In this document: positions 9,609 to 19,304 of the stretch, in pieces | Position numbering within the stretch: the stretch's first letter is position 1 | Layout of the letters: each line of letters begins with the position of its first letter | Assembly: GCA_013791585.1 (NCBI GenBank) | Contig: VMTK01000005.1 | Span: 18,484 to 82,483 of the forward strand | Direction: 5' to 3' | Source of the DNA: Candidatus Falkowbacteria bacterium | GTDB lineage: Bacteria > Patescibacteriota > Patescibacteriia > Patescibacteriales > VMTK01 | DNA length: 64,000 nucleotides | Notes under the pieces: model-generated | Told to the model about the DNA's origin: nothing | Databases searched by the model: none | What the model saw: only the letters and a program-made list of their open reading frames with translations | Made by a program: the position numbers and the translations under genes

Positions 9609-10580
9609 TTAAAATATTAATAATTTTCCTTCCCCGGCCGGGTTGTAGCCATTCTTAACTTCATCACCGTCTGAATATCCGTCATTGTCCGTGTCGCTTA
9701 ATTCCGAATTTGTAAAATAAATATTATTCTCATCATAGTCAGAAAGACCGTCATCATCAGAATCTATTAAATTTGAACATTGTTCATCTAAGCAGCTACT
9801 TTTTAACTGCTCATCGCGATTTTTACCCATATCAAATTCTTCATCGCAATCTTCAGGGCAATTGCATTTATTTTCCCATTCTTCACAGATTGAATTTCCA
9901 CACTCAGAACATACTGTTCCAACATCAAATAAATTGTAACATTCTCCATCTTTGTAATCCTTGACAGGAATTTTTAACAACCCCTCACAACAACTGTTAG
10001 ATCCAATATAGATTCCATGACTATATTTATCCGCGCTTTCTCCTGCAGAAATACAAGATTTTTCATTATCATGCTCAGCAAACTCGCATTTATTATCCTC
10101 GCAAACCGCTTTTCCTTCTTGGCAAGCATACAGAGTAATGCAAGCTCTATTGCCGCAATTTTCATTTAAATTTTTCTCCCACTCATCAAGATAAAGCAGG
10201 TTAATCGCGGTCTGCGTTCCGCCGGAATTGCAGCTGCAGCAGTCTTCCCGCGTTTCAGCGCAGTCTGAATTATTCAAACATTTTTTCCATTCATCAAACA
10301 AAGCTATTTTTTTCTGACTATTTCTTTTTTCAGGAATGCCGGCGATATTCTCCTGTAACTTTCCCGTGATGCTGATTATGTCCTCTAAAATATATTGGCT
10401 CGCGTACATTGCGATCATAGCCGCTAAAAAACTGGCGGAAATTCCAACAACTAAATATATTCTGCCTCGCCGCCTGCCGTCTTTTTCCAGCTTATTTACT
10501 CTTTCGTTTAAGACATTGCCTTCATTGCTCGGCTGCTCAATAATTTGTTGATTATGATTTTTTTTAAAGATGTTGAACAT
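9609..10580 (-). CDS. Membrane-anchored Cys-rich protein with C-terminal thrombospondin-type-3-like Ca-binding repeats
   Basis: It has an N-terminal TM segment and many Cys residues. The C-terminus has two DxDxDG-type motifs (DSDDDGLSDYDE and DTDNDGYSDGDE). Confidence 0.5.
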   Translation of the reverse strand: MFNIFKKNHNQQIIEQPSNEGNVLNERVNKLEKDGRRRGRIYLVVGISASFLAAMIAMYASQYILEDIISITGKLQENIAGIPEKRNSQKKIALFDEWKKCLNNSDCAETREDCCSCNSGGTQTAINLLYLDEWEKNLNENCGNRACITLYACQEGKAVCEDNKCEFAEHDNEKSCISAGESADKYSHGIYIGSNSCCEGLLKIPVKDYKDGECYNLFDVGTVCSECGNSICEEWENKCNCPEDCDEEFDMGKNRDEQLKSSCLDEQCSNLIDSDDDGLSDYDENNIYFTNSELSDTDNDGYSDGDEVKNGYNPAGEGKLLIF

Positions 10581-10614
10581 ATTGTTATAAAAAAAATAAA
10601 ATTTTTGCCTATAA

Positions 10615-10712
10615 TTTCTTATTTTTATTATTTTATTATTTTATTATTTTTATTATTTTATTATTTTTATTATTTTATTATTTTTATTATTTTATTATTT
10701 TATTTCACAATC
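10615..10712. repeat. (ATTATTTT)n microsatellite, about 12 units
   Basis: Direct tandem repeat ttattttattatttt... in the gap between the pgk stop and the upstream gene. Confidence 0.9.
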
Positions 10713-11992
10713 CCTTTCAGCCCGGGCATTTTTTCTCCGCTTAAAAAGGCCAGCATGGCTCCTCCGCCGGTTGATACCCAGTCAACATAATCAATCATTT
10801 TTGTCTGCCTTAAAGCTTCCACTGTTTCCCCTCCTCCAACTATTCCAAACGCGCGGCCCCGCGAACGGGACGCCACTGCGCGGGCGATTGACAAAGTGCC
10901 ATGCTTGAAATTGTCTTGTTCAAACATTCCCATCGGCCCGTTCCAAACTATAGTATTGGCTTTTTTTATAAAACCGGAATACAATCCTATGGTTTTGGGG
11001 CCGATATCTAAAATCTTCTCGCTCTTTTTTACATCGTACGCGTTTTTAACTTCCGGCTCTTTATTTCCTTTGCCTTTGCCGACCACAACATCTATCGGCA
11101 AAATAATATTTGCGCCGCCGCCGCGATTTTTATTTTTCAATGCTTTCGCGAGCGTAACATTTTTTTCATCCGCTGCCGACTTGCCGATTTCCATGCCGTG
11201 AGCCGCGAAAAAATTATTAGCCAAGGCCCCGCCGATTAAAATATGGCTCGCTTTCCTGCGCAGTTTTTTTATTAATTTTATTTTAGTGTTAATTTTAGCT
11301 CCGCCGATTACCACAATCAGCGGCTTTTTAGGAAACAGGACTTTGCTTAAATTTTCCAGCTCTTCTTGCAGAAGCAGGCCGGCATACGAAGGTAAATATC
11401 TTTTTATCGCGCTTAATGAAGCATGCTTCCTATGGCTTGCGGCAAAAGCGTTATTAACATAAACCCCGCGCCTTTTAGGCAGAATATTTTTAATATTGTT
11501 AGACAGCTGTCCAAAAGGCGCGGGGTGAATATCAGCCAAACGAGATAATCGCTTGGCGAATTTTTTATCATTTTGCTCTTCCTCTTTATGAAATCTAAGA
11601 TTTTCAAGAAGCATTATTTCCCCTTCTTTTAATTTACCTGCTTCTTCCTCTGTCTTTTTCCCTATGCAATCAGGAACAAATTTTATTCTCTTGCCCAAAA
11701 TCTTGCCCAGCCGAACAGCAATCGGCTTAACAGAATGTGTTTTTGTGTTTTTGTGTTTTTGTGTTTTTGTGTTTGCGCGCGGCCGCCCCAAATGCGTTGC
11801 GATAATTATCTTGCATTTATGCCTCAAAAGAAAACGGATAGTCGGCAAGCAAGAAATTATCTTATAATCATCCAATATATCCGACATCCGACATCCGACA
11901 TCCGACATCCGAAATGGAACATTAAAATCAGCCCGTAAAAAAACTCTTTTGCCTTTTATGTTTTTGGCGTTTCTAATTGATTTAATCTTCAT
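10700..11992 (-). CDS. pgk: Phosphoglycerate kinase
   Basis: KGKRVFLRADFNVP, LENLRFHKEEE and C-terminal GGGAMLAFLSGEKMPGLK are pgk motifs. It carries in-frame repeat insertions RMSDVGCRMSDI (CGGATGT heptamers, 11876-11925) and TKTQKHKNTKT (8-mers, 11736-11775). Confidence 0.9.
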   Translation of the reverse strand: MKIKSIRNAKNIKGKRVFLRADFNVPFRMSDVGCRMSDILDDYKIISCLPTIRFLLRHKCKIIIATHLGRPRANTKTQKHKNTKTHSVKPIAVRLGKILGKRIKFVPDCIGKKTEEEAGKLKEGEIMLLENLRFHKEEEQNDKKFAKRLSRLADIHPAPFGQLSNNIKNILPKRRGVYVNNAFAASHRKHASLSAIKRYLPSYAGLLLQEELENLSKVLFPKKPLIVVIGGAKINTKIKLIKKLRRKASHILIGGALANNFFAAHGMEIGKSAADEKNVTLAKALKNKNRGGGANIILPIDVVVGKGKGNKEPEVKNAYDVKKSEKILDIGPKTIGLYSGFIKKANTIVWNGPMGMFEQDNFKHGTLSIARAVASRSRGRAFGIVGGGETVEALRQTKMIDYVDWVSTGGGAMLAFLSGEKMPGLKGIVK

Positions 11993-11998
11993 ATATTT

Positions 11999-12200
11999 AG
12001 GAATTACGCGCTTGAATATAATTTATACGCATTTTACATATACAGCTATCGCTTATATTAATATCTAAATTGTTACATTGCTAAATTGCTAAATTGTTTC
12101 AATGTCAGCAATTTAACAATGTAACAATTTAACAATATTTGCGGGGACTTTTCAAACAGGCAAAATAATGGTTTTAAAAATTTAGTATTCAAACGCGTTA
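11999..12200. mobile_element. MITE-like intergenic element with terminal inverted repeats and internal palindromes
   Basis: The left end ggaattacgcgcttgaatataatttatacgcatttt and the right end tagtattcaaacgcgtta are partial reverse complements. There is an internal palindrome aaattgttacattg...caatgtaacaattt. The same termini recur at 47351-47585. Confidence 0.5.
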
Positions 12201-12208
12201 GTCGTAAA

Positions 12209-13417
12209 TTATTTCAACTCTCCCAGCTCAACTTCAACTTCATATTTTTTACCTTCCCGAAAATAAGTCAATTTTATTTTTTCTCTTGCCGCAAACCCAT
12301 GCATCGCTTCAGCCAAGCTGTTATCTTTGTTGATATTTATATTGCCGGCCGCTGTTATGATATCGCCTTCTTTCAAGCCGGCTGATTCAGCCGCGCTGTT
12401 TTTGATGATTGATACGCCATTGCTGTCTTTGTGTATAATAGCGCCCGCGCTAATCATATCGCTATTATCAAGATCAGGAGCGGCTTTGATTAAATCAGAC
12501 AGCTCAACATAATTAACTCCCATGCTCGCGCGCTTAATTTCTTTGTTTTTAAGCAAACTGTTGATAGCTGATGTAAAATGATTTATGGGAATCACTTCGT
12601 TCTTATTGTCAATCAAGCCAACAATGTCTCCGGCCAAATTAAACAAGGCCGAGCCCTTGAACTTTTCTTCCGGCAAGCCGGCTAATTCAATCCTGTCTGA
12701 AAAAGAATCGCTAAAATTTATAACACCTTCCGCTCTGCTTTTCTTGTCCGCAATCACGGTTGTCCAGACTTGATCATCCCAATTGACCGTTGCCGCCAAC
12801 TGCCCGTTTTTTATTTCGCTTAAATCGGCAAATTTTTTTACAGGCATATCTTTTGATGAAATATGAATAAAGCTGAATCCGGTTAAGCTGTCAAAAACTA
12901 TATTGCCAATCTCGTAAATATTTTCATTTTGATCAATAGCCGCGTAATTCGCCGTGATTTCTTGCTTTATTTCTTCAGTAAGCGGCAATTTATAATCCTT
13001 GAATAAGACAGCTGCAATCCAGCCGTCGCTAGTGATCGCCAGTCCTTGGCCGGCCAGCTGATTTGGCTGATAATAATCATCTAAATTAAATTTATTATCA
13101 TTTTTAGCCGGCGATAAGCTTTGCGGCGATTTTTTAAATATTCCTACCATACTGGCTTTAGCTGAATTTATAGCTTCAATTGTTTTTGTATCCTGCTCAA
13201 CAATAACTTTTTTCGCGTCTCTGATTATTAAATTTGATCCCTTGTAATCCATATCTGAAAAATTAATCTCGCCGAAAAAAGGCAAATAATAAAAATCAAA
13301 AAACGATCTTCCCGCAAGCCCTCCTGCCATGCCGCTTAAAAGCCCGAAGATTACGGCTAAAACTATAATTAACATAGCGCTGTTTTTTTTATTTTCTTGT
13401 TTTATTTTATTTTGCAT
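12209..13417 (-). CDS. Membrane-anchored PDZ-domain protein (HtrA-like architecture, catalytic Ser motif not recognisable)
   Basis: N-terminal TM segment and a C-terminal PDZ-like region (GLKEGDIITAAGNININ...KLTYFREGKKYEVEVELG). No GNSGGP motif was found. Confidence 0.45.
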   Translation of the reverse strand: MQNKIKQENKKNSAMLIIVLAVIFGLLSGMAGGLAGRSFFDFYYLPFFGEINFSDMDYKGSNLIIRDAKKVIVEQDTKTIEAINSAKASMVGIFKKSPQSLSPAKNDNKFNLDDYYQPNQLAGQGLAITSDGWIAAVLFKDYKLPLTEEIKQEITANYAAIDQNENIYEIGNIVFDSLTGFSFIHISSKDMPVKKFADLSEIKNGQLAATVNWDDQVWTTVIADKKSRAEGVINFSDSFSDRIELAGLPEEKFKGSALFNLAGDIVGLIDNKNEVIPINHFTSAINSLLKNKEIKRASMGVNYVELSDLIKAAPDLDNSDMISAGAIIHKDSNGVSIIKNSAAESAGLKEGDIITAAGNININKDNSLAEAMHGFAAREKIKLTYFREGKKYEVEVELGELK

Positions 13418-13490
13418 AATTTTTGAATTATGAATTAGGAATTACGGGCTTGCTTTAGTTTTCGCATTATTCATAATTCTTAATTCATGT

Positions 13491-14261
13491 TTAAAGCCAT
13501 CTGGCGGTAATCAAAATAATAAATAACCCTGACAGCCCAAACCCCAAATATAATTTAGCTTTCTTAACATCCAGCTTTTCAATCAGAAAATGCCTCACTA
13601 ATCCTATTAATATATAATAACATATTGCCAAAGATAAGCCAGCCACATGATGGTTTATCGGCAGAAAAAAAGCGGCCCAAGACAATTCCGTCAAAATTAA
13701 CGAATTTATAAAAATAAAAATCGCCCCTTTTTTAATATCTACGGCGTTTGCCCAAATCATTTGGTAAGTAATTAGCCCTGAAACAGCCAAAAGCGCGGCA
13801 ATAAGAATCCAAACAGGAGCATTTAAAAAAGACTTTAATCCAAAAATCGCGGCTGAAATTAAGAAAAAAATCAAAAAATTTCCGTATGAAGAAATATTTT
13901 CTATGCTAAACGCCGCGTAAGAAGCCGGCCGCGCCAAGTAGTAATAAGCATATCTTAAATATATATACAATAAAACCGCGTAAAGGCCGAATAATATTTG
14001 AATCAACGCCCCGCTGCTTAATAACACGGAATAAGATATTGCCGCCAATGACATTAAGCACGGCAAAATTATAAAATCATGCCAATTTCCGCCTTTATCG
14101 CTGGCTTTGCAAAACTGCCAAACCGCCAAAAAAACGCACAAATTAATTAAAACAAAAACAACATAGATTATCTTGGGGTTAAAAAAAAATAGCTCCAAAA
14201 GACCCCATGCAATAGCAGGGACTAACAAAACCAGCAAAGATAAAAAACGTTTGTGTTTCAT
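13491..14261 (-). CDS. Polytopic membrane protein, function unknown
   Basis: 256 aa with multiple hydrophobic helices and no recognisable motifs. Confidence 0.5.
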   Translation of the reverse strand: MKHKRFLSLLVLLVPAIAWGLLELFFFNPKIIYVVFVLINLCVFLAVWQFCKASDKGGNWHDFIILPCLMSLAAISYSVLLSSGALIQILFGLYAVLLYIYLRYAYYYLARPASYAAFSIENISSYGNFLIFFLISAAIFGLKSFLNAPVWILIAALLAVSGLITYQMIWANAVDIKKGAIFIFINSLILTELSWAAFFLPINHHVAGLSLAICYYILIGLVRHFLIEKLDVKKAKLYLGFGLSGLFIILITARWL

Positions 14262-14266
14262 TTTTT

Positions 14267-14770
14267 TTATTCATCCAGCCAATTTTGGCTGTTTCTCGCC
14301 TGATCCATAAGATTTAAGCCGTTTATTCTCTCTTCATCCATCTGGCTGGCGATAAAGCTTTCTATTTTTGCAAAAGCTAACACTAAATTAAGGTGCAGGG
14401 CTTTAAAATGCGTTGGCGCTTTTAATTCAAGCAGACGATCTTTTAAATTTAAAACTTCATTTAACAGGTCCAATCTTTCTTGGTGGCTTAATTCTGAACT
14501 GGTCGCGATATCTTCAATGTCTGAATCAGCAATGACGCGTTCGCTAATGGCATTTTTTATTTTTTTATCATACTCGGATAAAATTTCTTTTACTTCTTCC
14601 GTGTAGTTGTTTTCCATCTCAACTAAATCAACCTTTACTTCTTGTTGAACGGGCAAATTTTCTTCTGTTTTTTTAGAAGTTCCATCAGTTTTTATTATTT
14701 TAAAATAAACTATCAAAACAATGCTTAAAGCCAAAATTAAAAATATTAAAATTGTTTTTCTTGTGTTCAT
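14267..14770 (-). CDS. Membrane-anchored coiled-coil protein, hypothetical
   Basis: N-terminal TM segment followed by a charged and helical region. It abuts the upstream gene with a 5-nt gap. Confidence 0.45.
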   Translation of the reverse strand: MNTRKTILIFLILALSIVLIVYFKIIKTDGTSKKTEENLPVQQEVKVDLVEMENNYTEEVKEILSEYDKKIKNAISERVIADSDIEDIATSSELSHQERLDLLNEVLNLKDRLLELKAPTHFKALHLNLVLAFAKIESFIASQMDEERINGLNLMDQARNSQNWLDE

Positions 14771-14787
14771 AAATTCGTATAAAAAAA

Positions 14788-15117
14788 TTAAGAAGAAAAC
14801 GACTTGCTGTCAATTTCAACCCATGCCTCTTGATCTTCATTCCATTTATAAGCGATAAATTTGCTGCTTTTTTCAGTATCGCTATAAATATAATCAACCT
14901 TTGTTTCAGAGCCGATGCGGCGCGAATAAGTGGTTTTTTTGTCTAAAATTGCCGGCTTAGTGATAAATTCCAGCTTCATCATTCCCAGAGGACCTTTGAA
15001 AATAATAAAATCAATATCAATTCCTCCCATGCCGTCTTCATGCCTTGAGCCATGTTCTTCAACCTCAAAGTTATCTTTTATATTATTTATTATATTTTCC
15101 CATCTTTCAATAGTCAT
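14788..15117 (-). CDS. Hypothetical protein
   Basis: 109-aa ORF that heads the 3-gene run 15117-13491. No motif recognised. Confidence 0.4.
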   Translation of the reverse strand: MTIERWENIINNIKDNFEVEEHGSRHEDGMGGIDIDFIIFKGPLGMMKLEFITKPAILDKKTTYSRRIGSETKVDYIYSDTEKSSKFIAYKWNEDQEAWVEIDSKSFSS

Positions 15118-15310
15118 AAATTAGGCATAAATTAGATGTGATGCTAATCTGCGAATTGCTAATAATAATGAAAATATGAAAATACCAGAATACAAGAATA
15201 TTTGAAGCAATTCTTTAAATTTATTTTCATATTTTCATATTCTTGTATTTTTAATTTAAAAATTTGCGATTAGTTGATTGGCATTTATTCGTAGATTAGC
15301 ATTATATTTG

Positions 15311-16354
15311 CTAATAATACGCCGCCATGGTGGCCAAGTCCCTTTTCCGGCTTTTGGCGGTTTCTTCGCTGATGGCGCCTTGCTTGACCAAATTATCTAT
15401 CGCTTTATTCATGTCAATCATACCTTCGCTGGAACTCGTCTGGATAACGGAATAAATTTGTCCAATCTGATTTTGCCTTATTAAATTGGCGATTGCCCTG
15501 TTATTAATCATAATCTCGCGCGCCGCCACCCGTCCGCCGCCCAATCTGGGCAGCAGCTGCTGGGTGACAACGGCGCGCAAAACCAGCGCTATCTGGTAAA
15601 AAATCTGTTTCTGCTGATGCGCCGGAAACATATCAACAATTCTTTCAATCACATCCGCCGCGGTTATCGCGTGTAATGTTGATAAAACCAAATGCCCTGT
15701 TTCCGCCGCTATCAGCGCGGATAAAATAGTTTCTTGGTCGCGCATCTCTCCCACCATGATTACATTTGGATCCTGGCGCAAAGCGTATTTCAGCGCGGAA
15801 GAAAAACTGCTGGTGTCAAAGCCAAGCTCGCGCTGCTCAATAATGCTCTGCTCTTCTTTAAAAACAAACTCAATAGGGTCTTCAATCGTTATGATATGAT
15901 CCCGCCTTTCTTTATTAATAATATTTATCATAGCGGCCAATGTTGTTGATTTGCCGCATCCGCACGGCCCGGTTACCAAAATCAATCCATCCCGCAAATG
16001 AGTTAAGCCGTAAATAGTTTCATTAAAGCCAATGCTTTCAGGAGTTGGTATGGAGTTTGGAATTAATCTGGCGGATAAGCCGATTTTGCTTTCCTGGAAG
16101 TGGAGATTAATCCTAAAGCGCGCGCCAAAAAATTCTTTCGCGAAATCCATCTCTCGCTTGCGCTCAAACCTTTCCTGCGTTTTTTTGTCAATTAATAAAT
16201 AAACCGCTTCTTTAAGCTCGCTATTTTTAATTGTTTCTTTGCTTAATCTGATTAATTCTCCGTTTACGCGCAAAACAGGCGCGCTGCCCGCCGCCAAATG
16301 CAAATCAGAAGCGTTTTGCTCAAAAGCTTGTTTAAAATAATTAGAAATATCCAT
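15311..16354 (-). CDS. pilT: Type IV pilus retraction ATPase PilT/PilU family
   Basis: Walker A GPCGCGKSTTLAAM, HIITIEDPIEFV, VGEMRDQETI and AAETGHLVLSTLHA are present. Confidence 0.9.
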   Translation of the reverse strand: MDISNYFKQAFEQNASDLHLAAGSAPVLRVNGELIRLSKETIKNSELKEAVYLLIDKKTQERFERKREMDFAKEFFGARFRINLHFQESKIGLSARLIPNSIPTPESIGFNETIYGLTHLRDGLILVTGPCGCGKSTTLAAMINIINKERRDHIITIEDPIEFVFKEEQSIIEQRELGFDTSSFSSALKYALRQDPNVIMVGEMRDQETILSALIAAETGHLVLSTLHAITAADVIERIVDMFPAHQQKQIFYQIALVLRAVVTQQLLPRLGGGRVAAREIMINNRAIANLIRQNQIGQIYSVIQTSSSEGMIDMNKAIDNLVKQGAISEETAKSRKRDLATMAAYY

Positions 16355-16384
16355 AGTAATATTATAGCACTAATTCAGATAAAT

Positions 16385-17830
16385 TTAAATTGATTTCTTG
16401 GCAAAAGCGCGGTACATGCTGATAATATCTTCCCTTTTAAATCCGCCGATAAAAAATAAAACAACCAGATAAGCAATTCCGGCGGCAACAACGGTAAAAA
16501 AGATATTCAAATCATGTTTCAACAATAGCGCTGTTAAAATCATAACAAAAACCGAAACCGCTGATTTGAAAAATATTAAAATTATTTTTGATTTATTATA
16601 CTTAATTATGGCCGAGACCCGGAACATCCCTAAAATAAACATAAAAAAATTTGACGCTGCCACGGTAATGCTCGCGCCCGCGGTCCCGTACAAAGGAATT
16701 AAAAAAATATTCATAATAACGCTAAGCAATAGCGCCGCGCCCATGTTGGCTGTATTGATTTTTTGCTTATCGCAGGCGTTGAGGAGGGATCCGACCGGAA
16801 AATTAAGAAAAATAAAAACAAGAGAGCACATAATTATCCGCAAAGGCAATATTGCTTCGCCGTATTCCGGCTTGAACAATAATATTATTTTATCAGCCAG
16901 CGCGATAATGCCCGCGCTTATCGGCAGTGAAATGATAATTAAATAGCTCATTGCCCGCTCAAAGGTTATGGCTAATTGCTCCCTGTTCTTGGCCCAGTAA
17001 GACGCAAACGCCGGATAGAGCGAGGCGGTAAAAGCCATTGGCAGAAACTGCAAGGCAAAAATTATTTTAAAGGCGATTTGATAAAGCCCCACTTCTTTGT
17101 CCCCGGCTAAAATTGACAATAAAACAGAGTCAAGATACATGTACAATCTTTGAAAAATCGCGAACAGGCCGAAAGGAACAGTAATTTTTATGATCAGCTT
17201 GATCAATTTAAAATCAATTTTACGCTTTATCTTTATCTTCCATTTATATTTAATCAAGCAAGCGGAATAAACAAAATTGAACAAACTGGCCGCTGCCAGC
17301 GCCAGCATTAAAAAGCGCAGATCAAGCTTAAGGTAAAGCGCCGCAAGGCCAAGCGCCATCACTATAATTTGAAAAACCACCGCCGCGATGCTTTCAAAAA
17401 ATAAATTATGAAGCCCTCTGGAGCAGGCGAAGAAAGTAAGGGTAAATGAATCCAAGATCATGCAAACAGACGAAAGATAGACCAGCTGGCGGGTAAGCGC
17501 GGGATAGCCCATTAAGTTTATTAATACAACCAGAGCGGATAAAGACAAAATCGCCAGCGGAAGCTTGATGGCCAAAGCGCTGCTTAAAAAATCGCTGGCT
17601 TTTTCTTTGTATTTGGCGATCTCCCTTGTCAAAACATTGGCAAGCCCCAAATCAATGAATATGGCGAATATGGTCGTGAAAGAAATCGCGAAATAATACT
17701 TGCCCAAATCTTCAGGCAAAAGCGATCTGGCGATTAAAATAAAGTAAGTAAAAGAAATCACTTTCTGCAAGACAAGCGCGAAAGTGAAATAAGAAGTGTT
17801 TTTTGCTATATTGGTTATTTTTTCAGGCAT
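16385..17830 (-). CDS. Oligosaccharide/polysaccharide flippase (Wzx-like, MOP superfamily)
   Basis: 481 aa with about 12-14 TM helices and an N-terminus typical of the polysaccharide biosynthesis protein (Wzx) family. Confidence 0.65.
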   Translation of the reverse strand: MPEKITNIAKNTSYFTFALVLQKVISFTYFILIARSLLPEDLGKYYFAISFTTIFAIFIDLGLANVLTREIAKYKEKASDFLSSALAIKLPLAILSLSALVVLINLMGYPALTRQLVYLSSVCMILDSFTLTFFACSRGLHNLFFESIAAVVFQIIVMALGLAALYLKLDLRFLMLALAAASLFNFVYSACLIKYKWKIKIKRKIDFKLIKLIIKITVPFGLFAIFQRLYMYLDSVLLSILAGDKEVGLYQIAFKIIFALQFLPMAFTASLYPAFASYWAKNREQLAITFERAMSYLIIISLPISAGIIALADKIILLFKPEYGEAILPLRIIMCSLVFIFLNFPVGSLLNACDKQKINTANMGAALLLSVIMNIFLIPLYGTAGASITVAASNFFMFILGMFRVSAIIKYNKSKIILIFFKSAVSVFVMILTALLLKHDLNIFFTVVAAGIAYLVVLFFIGGFKREDIISMYRAFAKKSI

Positions 17831-17980
17831 AAATCGCGCAACGGATAACGCACCTGCCGGCAGGCAGGCAGATAACGCGTAACAAAAATAAAATTAACTG
17901 ACATTATTATACCACAAAACAGACAGAAAGATAAAATAAAAAATCCCGCTTATAAAACGGGGAATTATCAACTGTATCTA

Positions 17981-18019
17981 TTAAAAAGAGTGGCAAAAAT
18001 TTATTTTTTTATGCCACTC
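17981..18019 (-). terminator. Rho-independent terminator after ORF 18034..18369
   Basis: On the minus strand, GAGTGGCA-(loop)-TGCCACTC is followed by TTTTT. Confidence 0.5.
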
Positions 18020-18033
18020 AAGTTTGTGTATGT

Positions 18034-18369
18034 TTATATTTCTTCGTATTTCATACCGGATAATTCCTCTAATCGAGCTTTACGGCCATCCTGACTCCGC
18101 AAATCTTTTGTTAACTCAACAATTCTTTTCGCGCTAATCCAATCTTCTGCTTTATAATAAGATTGAAAAAGCTCTCTCTGCCTGTGATCAAGCCATCGCT
18201 CATCGTACTGTGGAAATTCATCCGGATTAGAAGAAACTTCATTCAAAAAATTTTCTGCTTCTTCCATTTTTCCACTATCTAACGCACTTCTAAATTCTGC
18301 AGTATTTTTCATCGCTTTTTCTCCTCTTTCTTGATTGTTAGTTGAAAAATTTTCTTTAAACATATACAA
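18034..18369 (-). CDS. Hypothetical protein
   Basis: 111-aa acidic protein with no recognisable motif. Confidence 0.4.
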   Translation of the reverse strand: MYMFKENFSTNNQERGEKAMKNTAEFRSALDSGKMEEAENFLNEVSSNPDEFPQYDERWLDHRQRELFQSYYKAEDWISAKRIVELTKDLRSQDGRKARLEELSGMKYEEI

Positions 18370-18372
18370 AAC

Positions 18373-18822
18373 TTACCGCTTGCTCCATTGCGGAGCGCGG
18401 CGCGCTTTCTTAAGCCCCGGCTTTTTTCTTTCTTTTTTGCGCGAATCCCTGGTAAGCCAGCCCTTGGCTTTCAGTACGGGCCTTAATTTTTCGTCAAATT
18501 TTTCCAAAGCGCGAGTGATTCCATGGCGCACCGCGTCTGCCTGGCTTTTTGTTCCGCCGCCCTTGGCTAAAATAGAAAAATCAAAATCCTTCAGATGGCC
18601 CGTGAGCTTCAGCGGCTGCGCGGCAACTGTTCTTAAGGCAGCTTCGTTAAAATAATCATTCATTGCTTTTCCGTTAACCGCGATGATTCCCTTGCCGTTT
18701 TTATACAGCCGAACTCTGGCGGTTGAAGTTTTTCTCTTGCCTAAAGCGCTGATATATTTTCCCGTGAATTTCAATTCCTCCGTATTTTTCGCTTTTTGAA
18801 TTTTTTTATTATCGTCTGCCAT
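18373..18822 (-). CDS. rpsI: 30S ribosomal protein S9
   Basis: C-terminal GGGTKSQADAVRHGITRAL...KARRAPQWSKR, with an N-terminal extension. Confidence 0.9.
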   Translation of the reverse strand: MADDNKKIQKAKNTEELKFTGKYISALGKRKTSTARVRLYKNGKGIIAVNGKAMNDYFNEAALRTVAAQPLKLTGHLKDFDFSILAKGGGTKSQADAVRHGITRALEKFDEKLRPVLKAKGWLTRDSRKKERKKPGLKKARRAPQWSKR

Positions 18823-18920
18823 AAAAATAACTGAAATTTGTAATTTGAAATTTGTAATTTGAGGATTATTTTAAAATATTTTATTTTATTTCCAAATTTC
18901 CAATTTCTAGTTTCTAATTT

Positions 18921-19274
18921 CTATTTTCTAATTATCAATCTTTTCATTATAACTTGCCTTAGCTTGTTGGCCGGAAGCATTTCCCTGACCGCCCTGCGCA
19001 ATATTTCTCCGGGATTGCTTTTGGCTAAATCGCTCATTTTTTTTTCTTTTAATCCGCCCGGGTATCCGCTATATCTGTGGTATTTTTTTTGCTCTATTTT
19101 TTTTCCGGTAAACTTTAATTCATCAGCATTGCTAATCTCAACAATATCGCCCGCGTCAATATGCGGTTCAAATTCCGGCTTGTTTTTGCCGCGCAAAATA
19201 ATGGCAATTTGCGTTGCCAATCTTCCCGGCGCTTTGCCGGACGCGTCAATTTTATGCAGTTTTCTTTCAATCAT
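18921..19274 (-). CDS. rplM: 50S ribosomal protein L13
   Basis: IDASGKAPGRLATQIAIILRGKNKPEFEPHIDAGDIVEI... is the L13 signature. Confidence 0.9.
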   Translation of the reverse strand: MIERKLHKIDASGKAPGRLATQIAIILRGKNKPEFEPHIDAGDIVEISNADELKFTGKKIEQKKYHRYSGYPGGLKEKKMSDLAKSNPGEILRRAVREMLPANKLRQVIMKRLIIRK

Positions 19275-19304
19275 AAACTAATAAATAGCGAAGCGATAAT
19301 AAAA

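Noticed and set aside
10545-10790. ORF 10545..10790+ (FYYFYYFIIFIILLFYF...)
   Set aside because: It is a translation of the (ATTATTTT)n microsatellite.
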